A stretch of 43,058 bases of DNA. Source: Candidatus Hadarchaeota archaeon (GTDB lineage: Archaea > CAYQAE01 > CAYVLA01). The position numbers were made by a program, and so were the translations under genes. This document shows, piece by piece, positions 38,012-43,058 of the stretch. The stretch spans positions 1 through 43,058 of the forward strand of contig CAZUNO010000025.1 of assembly GCA_964621445.1 (NCBI GenBank), in the 5' to 3' direction. Under the pieces are notes generated by a model that did not search any database, was not told where the DNA came from, and was given only the letters and a program-made list of their open reading frames with translations. Every line of letters begins with the position of its first letter. The stretch's first letter is position 1.

Positions 38012-39185
38012 ATGTCCGCTCCTCTCGTTTTTCGGGGATCAGATCGAATTTCCTGAGAAAGTAAGAGAGAACGGGTGGGGTTATCATGGTGGTCACTATG
38101 ACCACGAGAAGTAGTGAGGAGACGACCTCCGCCCCGAATATGCCGGCGTCCAGGCCAAGCTTGATGAGCACCAACTCAACTCCCGCCCTGGGAACCATGG
38201 AAATCCCAACCACTGTGGATTCCCTGGAAGTGAACCCCGTGACTCTGGCTCCAAGGCCACAACCTGCTATCTTACCCACTATAGCCACCAGGACGATCAC
38301 CACGGCAAATGAGCTCGCGCTTAGAATCGATTCGGGTCTGAAGGCCATACCGGTGGTGACGAAGAATATGGGAATGAAAAATCCCTCACCAATTAGCGTG
38401 GACTCCTGAACAAGGCGGGCGCTGTAACGGCTCTGCCCCAGCATGAGTCCCGCAACGAAGCCCCCGATGATGACCGCAAGTCCAATGGCATCTGCCACCA
38501 CTCCCAGGGCCACCGCGAAGATTATTCCCGACAACAGCAGGTCATAACGGCCAAGTCGAAACCTTTGTGAGAGGATGTTGACCACCCTGACCCCCACCAG
38601 CAGGCAGAGGGCAAAGAAGGCGACGGTGAGAAGTATCACCAATAGAGTATCCAGGATGGGAAGATGTCCGGAGGTGGCGTAGGAGATCATGAAGGACACG
38701 ATGACGATGCCCATGACGTCATCCGCTATGGCCGTGGCCATGGTGAAGGTGCCGATCCGGGTCCTGAGCATTCTAAAGGTGGACAGAATCTCTGCATTCA
38801 CACCAACGCTGGTGGCCACCAGACCCGTCCCCACTAGCAGAGCCACCGTGTTTGAGTAGCCGAAGGAGATTGAAGCGATAAATCCCAGGACGAAGGGTAG
38901 AACCACGCCCCCGAAGGCCGAAATCAGGGAAGATTTCCCAAGCTCTCTCAACTCGTTCAGGCTTGTGGCCAGGCCGGCGGAGAAAAGCAGGATCAGCGCG
39001 CCGGCATTTCCGAGATCAGTTAGTGTTTCCGAGACCTCCACCAGAATTATATCAAAATGGGTCAGAGCCCCCAGAACCATGCCCAGGGCGATCTCCCCCA
39101 CAATCGCCGGTTGGCCGAGCCTCTTGGATATGATGCGGCCAATGAACGCAGCCAGCAGGACTATGAGAAGGTCTAGTGTAAACAT
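37983..39185 (-). CDS. Cation:proton antiporter (CPA2/Kef-type)
   Basis: QPAIVGEI, ATSVG, AIADD, PIFFV, GKIAG, MVPRAGV; about 12 TM segments; 3' end overlaps mat by 29 bp. Confidence 0.9.
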   Translation of the reverse strand: MFTLDLLIVLLAAFIGRIISKRLGQPAIVGEIALGMVLGALTHFDIILVEVSETLTDLGNAGALILLFSAGLATSLNELRELGKSSLISAFGGVVLPFVLGFIASISFGYSNTVALLVGTGLVATSVGVNAEILSTFRMLRTRIGTFTMATAIADDVMGIVIVSFMISYATSGHLPILDTLLVILLTVAFFALCLLVGVRVVNILSQRFRLGRYDLLLSGIIFAVALGVVADAIGLAVIIGGFVAGLMLGQSRYSARLVQESTLIGEGFFIPIFFVTTGMAFRPESILSASSFAVVIVLVAIVGKIAGCGLGARVTGFTSRESTVVGISMVPRAGVELVLIKLGLDAGIFGAEVVSSLLLVVIVTTMITPPVLSYFLRKFDLIPEKREERTSRKRLPGPQ

Positions 39186-39368
39186 GATCCTGGCTCACTG
39201 GTTATCAGGTGATATTCCATCAAGTATCTTGATACCATATCTTTTCTTAAGTCCAATCCCTTGAAGCCAGATACCGTAGGCTAATTCGGTTAGAAATTGG
39301 AAGCATGCTGCGTATTGATTCATACGATTTTTAACCGATGACCATACTTTAGTCACGAGGGATTTCCA

Positions 39369-40250
39369 TTGGGTAAACTCGAAGGTGCATTCACGGCGTT
39401 GATAACCCCCTTCCACGACAACGGATCGATAGACGAGGAGGGCCTGAGACAAAACGTAAATTTCCAGATCGACAAAGGTATCGCTGGAGTCGTGCCCTGT
39501 GGCACGACCGGAGAATCCGCGACCCTCACTCACGAGGAACACAAGAGGGTAATCGATACCGTTATCGAGGAGGTAGACGGCAGGGTGCCGGTTATAGCAG
39601 GAACTGGGAGCAACTCCACCTCTGAGGCCATAGAGCTTACCAATCATGCCATAGAGGCCGGCGCGGATTACTGCCTGATGATCACCCCATATTACAATAA
39701 ACCCACCCAGAGGGGTCTTATAGCCCACTTCGAGGCCGTGGCCGAGGAGGCCGAGGGCGGAATAGTGCTCTATAACGTACCCTCCAGGACGGGAAGGAAC
39801 ATGGAGGCCGAGACGGTGATCGAGCTCTCCCAGCTGGACAACATCGAGGCTGTCAAGGAGGCCAGCGCCGACATGCGACAGATCATGGAGATCATCCGGG
39901 GGACCGATGACGATTTCACGGTTCTCTCCGGCGATGACATGACAACCTTCCTGACCCTGGCCGCGGGGGGAAAGGGGACCATCTCCGTGGCCTCCAATAT
40001 CGTGCCCGACATGGTTCAGGAGATGATCACTAGTTTCCTTTCCGGCGATATAGAAAAGTCCAGGGAGATTCACTTCAAGCTCATGCCCCTCTTCGGCGAT
40101 CTTTTCCTAGAGACCAACCCCGGCCCGGTCAAGGACGCCATGAACCTTCTGGACATGCCCTCGGGCCCCCTCCGACTTCCCATGGTTGCCTGCGAGGAAC
40201 AGAACGTGGAGATCCTGAAGAAGGATCTAGAGGAACTGGACCTTCTTTAA
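39369..40250 (+). CDS. dapA: 4-hydroxy-tetrahydrodipicolinate synthase
   Basis: TALITPF, GTTGES, GSNST, PYYNKP, LYNVPSRTG, Schiff-base VKEAS, SGDD, ETNPGPVK. Confidence 0.93.
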   Translation: MGKLEGAFTALITPFHDNGSIDEEGLRQNVNFQIDKGIAGVVPCGTTGESATLTHEEHKRVIDTVIEEVDGRVPVIAGTGSNSTSEAIELTNHAIEAGADYCLMITPYYNKPTQRGLIAHFEAVAEEAEGGIVLYNVPSRTGRNMEAETVIELSQLDNIEAVKEASADMRQIMEIIRGTDDDFTVLSGDDMTTFLTLAAGGKGTISVASNIVPDMVQEMITSFLSGDIEKSREIHFKLMPLFGDLFLETNPGPVKDAMNLLDMPSGPLRLPMVACEEQNVEILKKDLEELDLL

Positions 40251-40264
40251 CCTTAATTCCGAAA

Positions 40265-41335
40265 ATGGGATCGAGAGAACGGTTGTTGGCCGCCATCCAA
40301 GGCCAGGAACCGGACATGGTGCCGGTTGGTCTGCACAATATCGGGACCCTGGTACCTTACCTGAAGAAGGTGCTGGGCAAGGATATCAACGACCGGAGGG
40401 CACTCGACATATTCGGGCTGGATCCAACTCTCTACCGTAGCTACAGCAAACCAGTCCGGGATCCCGATTGGAAGAGAAGGGAGGAAATAATCCGGGAGGA
40501 TGACGGGGAAGCGATGGTCAGGGTGACCTTTCGAACCCCCAAGGGACAGCTGACCTGTCTGGAGAGGCGTACCTCAATAACCACCTGGACCCTTGAGCCC
40601 CTGATCAAGAACCCCGAGGATATCGAGCTCCTGCGCTACCGTCCCCCTGACGTTCCCGATGTGGGACGCTATGAGAGCGAGTTTGGGTCCGGATTCCATA
40701 AGGGAATCGTGCGCACCGGAGTCGGTGGGCAGGGCGAGGCCGTTGGTCTACTGGGACCTCAGGAGCTTTGCAAGGATTTTCACCTACGACCAGGCTGGGT
40801 CAGGGAGTTGTTCCGGCTACTCACCGATAGGACCCTGGCCTGGATAGAGGAGATGCCCGCTGCCTACCTGGACCTGGTGGAGATACCGGGACATATCGGA
40901 AACTTCATATCCCCCAAGATATACCGCGATCAGGTGCTTCCCTTCGACCGAAAGGTGGTCAATGCCATCCACCGCAAAGGGCTATATGTCACCTATCATG
41001 ACTGCGGTATGGTCATGCACGTTCTGGAACCCATAGCAGAGACCGGAACCGACTGCATCGAGACCCTGACTCCCCCTCCTTTCGGGGGCGATGTCGACCT
41101 TGCCAGGGCCAAGGAAATGGTGGGGGATAGGGTGTGTCTGATAGGAGGCTTTCACCAGTCCCTAATCGAGATGGGTAATGAAAAACAGATCGAGGAGCGG
41201 GTAAGGGACTGCGTGAGGGCGGGAGCTGAAGGAGGGGGATACGTGCTCTACAACACGGATCACTTCTTTCAAGCCCCACTGGATAACATCCACGCCTACG
41301 TCCGCGCCGCCAGGAAATATGGCCGGTATGGCTAG
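40265..41335 (+). CDS. URO-D/methyltransferase superfamily protein
   Basis: SRERLLAAI..EPDMVP, ISPKIYR, YHDCG, ETLTPPPFGGD, GGYVLYNTDH. Confidence 0.85.
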   Translation: MGSRERLLAAIQGQEPDMVPVGLHNIGTLVPYLKKVLGKDINDRRALDIFGLDPTLYRSYSKPVRDPDWKRREEIIREDDGEAMVRVTFRTPKGQLTCLERRTSITTWTLEPLIKNPEDIELLRYRPPDVPDVGRYESEFGSGFHKGIVRTGVGGQGEAVGLLGPQELCKDFHLRPGWVRELFRLLTDRTLAWIEEMPAAYLDLVEIPGHIGNFISPKIYRDQVLPFDRKVVNAIHRKGLYVTYHDCGMVMHVLEPIAETGTDCIETLTPPPFGGDVDLARAKEMVGDRVCLIGGFHQSLIEMGNEKQIEERVRDCVRAGAEGGGYVLYNTDHFFQAPLDNIHAYVRAARKYGRYG

Positions 41336-41387
41336 AGATATCGTGTGAAATATATTTCAACGCTCGTAGGGAAGTACTCCATCCGAC

Positions 41388-41505
41388 GCGGGGGTTGCCG
41401 AGTCGGTCAAAGGCGCAGGAAAGATCGCTTTGCGAGGCTTAGGAGGCTCGAGCTTAAGAAACCCTGTCTCGAAGGGGTCCGTGGGTTCGAATCCCACCCC
41501 CCGCA
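41388..41505 (+). tRNA. tRNA-Leu(TAG) with two 17-nt introns (30/31: 41420-41436; 37/38: 41444-41460)
   Basis: Acceptor GCGGGGG/CCCCCGC with A73; long variable arm; T arm GTGGG-TTCGAAT-CCCAC; removing both introns gives CAGGG-CT-TAG-GA-CCCTG; each intron forms a BHB. Confidence 0.92.
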
Positions 41506-41553
41506 TTTATTTACCAGTAAACTATATAAGGGTTAAAGCCTAGAATACCCTCA

Positions 41554-42066
41554 ATGGTCATCGACAAGGTCAAGAAAAGAGCCATATACGTCTACCTACC
41601 CACCAAGAAACAGGCAGACAAATGGAAAAACCTCGCCGAACAGGCGGGCGAATCCATATCCAGCTTCGTAGCCGACCACGTAGAGAACTCCCTCGCACAG
41701 GAAGAACAAGAAGAATACGAGCCCCGAGCCGAACTCAGAAAGAGGATCCAAACCCTCCAGGAAGAAAACCAGGAACTCCGCAAACAGAACAGGATACTCG
41801 AACACGCAGTCGACAAACTCGAGAAAGAGAACCGCCGCCACAGAGAGAAACAATGGACCCAGAACGGCGCCACAAGGAGATACGAACGCGAACTAATCGA
41901 CCTCATCAAAGAACAGGGACCCATCAAAGACGAAGACATACTCAGAAAACTGGGAATCGAACACACCGAATCAGAATCCGTAGAAACCATTGCCAGCCAA
42001 CTCACAAGCCTACAATCATGGGGACTCGCCACCCCCACACCCAGAGGATGGAGGTGGACACAGTGA
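41554..42066 (+). CDS. Putative DNA-binding protein (RHH-like N-terminus, coiled coil, winged-helix-like C-terminus)
   Basis: RAIYVYLP..WKNLAEQAGESISSFV; ELRKRIQTLQEENQEL coil; C-terminal LQSWGL..TPRGWRW; TATATAA at ~41524; GTGA overlap with the integrase. Confidence 0.65.
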   Translation: MVIDKVKKRAIYVYLPTKKQADKWKNLAEQAGESISSFVADHVENSLAQEEQEEYEPRAELRKRIQTLQEENQELRKQNRILEHAVDKLEKENRRHREKQWTQNGATRRYERELIDLIKEQGPIKDEDILRKLGIEHTESESVETIASQLTSLQSWGLATPTPRGWRWTQ

Positions 42067-43034
42067 ACAGAGAAGCCACCGCCACATCTCCGAAGGGGCC
42101 CACGAAGCCCATGAACCTGCTGGCGAGCTTCGTGGCTGACTGCCAGCTCAGAGGCATGACCTCCGAAACCGTGAGGAGCTACCGGTCAAACGTCCGCACC
42201 TTCCTCGAATTCCTGCAACAAAGAAAAACTAGACCCAAAGATGTCGGGGTTAACGAGCTAAGACTATTTCTCGCTGACCTCAGGGACAAGAAACTCGCTG
42301 CCAGCACCATAGGTAACTACTACGCCGCTATATCGACGTTCTACGAGTACCTCGCTCTCGAAGGGATAACGGACGGGAACCCGGTGCTGCCGTTCAGGAA
42401 GCGTTACCTCCGAGGAACCAGCAGAGATAAACGCCGGAGATCAGAATCCAAGAGAAGGCTACTCACAGTGGAAGAGATGTCCACACTCATCCGGTCCGTA
42501 ATCAACACCCGGGACAAGGCAATAATAACCGTACTCGCCAAAACCGGGGTCAGGCGGAACGAGCTGGTGCAGATGGATGTCGGGGATGTGGACTGGGAAG
42601 ACCAGTCCATCCGGCTCAAACCCCGAGCCAAAAGATCCAGCCTCGTAGTGTTCTTCGACGACGAGACATCCCGGGTACTCCGATCATGGACACGCGTCAG
42701 GGAGACGCAGGCGGAGGAGGGCGAGGAGGCACTGTTCGTCGGTGTCAAGGGACGGAGGATCGGCCGCAACATCGTGTACAGGGCTGTGACCCGGGCCGCC
42801 CAGAAAGTCGGGCTCCACGACCCGGAATCGGAGAATCCGTTGGACCACTTCTCGCCTCACTGCTGTAGGCACTGGTTCACAACCCACCTACTCAGAAACG
42901 GCATGCCCAGAGAATACGTCAAAGAACTCCGAGGGGACGCCCGGTCGAGCGACGCGATCGATATCTACTATCATCTGGATCGGCAAGAACTCAGGAAATC
43001 CTATCTGGGTTGCATCCCAGAACTGGGTCTATGA
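42063..43034 (+). CDS. Tyrosine recombinase/integrase (XerC/D-like)
   Basis: SAM-like N-domain (TVRSYRS), KTGVRRNEL, KRS, HCCRHWF, ELRGD..AIDIYYH; start GTG 42063 or ATG 42111. Confidence 0.92.
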   Translation: MNREATATSPKGPTKPMNLLASFVADCQLRGMTSETVRSYRSNVRTFLEFLQQRKTRPKDVGVNELRLFLADLRDKKLAASTIGNYYAAISTFYEYLALEGITDGNPVLPFRKRYLRGTSRDKRRRSESKRRLLTVEEMSTLIRSVINTRDKAIITVLAKTGVRRNELVQMDVGDVDWEDQSIRLKPRAKRSSLVVFFDDETSRVLRSWTRVRETQAEEGEEALFVGVKGRRIGRNIVYRAVTRAAQKVGLHDPESENPLDHFSPHCCRHWFTTHLLRNGMPREYVKELRGDARSSDAIDIYYHLDRQELRKSYLGCIPELGL

Positions 43035-43058
43035 CTCCGATAAGCGATGAAACCAAAT

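Larger units (their letters stand above)
41506..43058 (+). mobile_element. Left edge of a probable integrative element inserted at the tRNA-Leu 3' end
   Basis: Immediately after the tRNA: abrupt A/C-rich strand skew, a DNA-binding-like ORF and a tyrosine integrase; the second att site is not in the window. Confidence 0.6.

Noticed and set aside
41452-41466. CT-TAA-GA inside tRNA-Leu intron 2 as an alternative Leu(TAA) anticodon
   Set aside because: It is largely the complement needed to pair with CTTA in the BHB; using it leaves two extra A's and has no supporting BHB
41622-42062. Arg/Thr-rich N-terminal 147 aa of the 470-aa integrase ORF
   Set aside because: Shadow frame of the 41554-42066 gene caused by A/C skew; the integrase domain begins after 42063
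1-43058. CRISPR array, rRNA, SRP/RNase P RNA, transposase
   Set aside because: No regularly spaced repeats, no intergenic space large enough, and no matching motifs seen

Overview
Chromosomal segment of an anaerobic archaeon; the lineage cannot be fixed from the sequence alone. The conserved core is the archaeal exosome/RNase P superoperon (rpl15e-Rpp30-Pop5-SBDS-rrp4-rrp41-rrp42-rpl37ae-rpoP-pcc1-pfdB-DHH), here missing its usual proteasome alpha gene. Other housekeeping genes are top6A, a taw1/translin/SepRS cluster, nreA, ftr, mat and dapA. Accessory genes include three URO-D/methyltransferase-family proteins, sialidase-like and other beta-propeller glycan enzymes, two Gfo/Idh/MocA oxidoreductases, two alpha/beta hydrolases, an ABC exporter plus DUF1854 pair, and two paralogues of an uncharacterised C-terminally membrane-anchored surface protein. 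There are two intron-containing tRNAs: Arg(CCT) with one intron, and Leu(TAG) with two 17-nt introns whose BHB motifs overlap. tRNA-Leu is followed by the edge of a probable integrated element carrying an atypical 'RGD' tyrosine integrase. The most notable observations are the double-intron tRNA-Leu, a PurF with an apparent ATT start and a degenerate glutaminase site, a CxxC insertion in Ftr, the paralogous surface-protein family, and a probable stand-alone structured sRNA at ~35.44-35.56 kb. No CRISPR array or rRNA was seen. All calls come from motif recognition by eye; no database searches were run.
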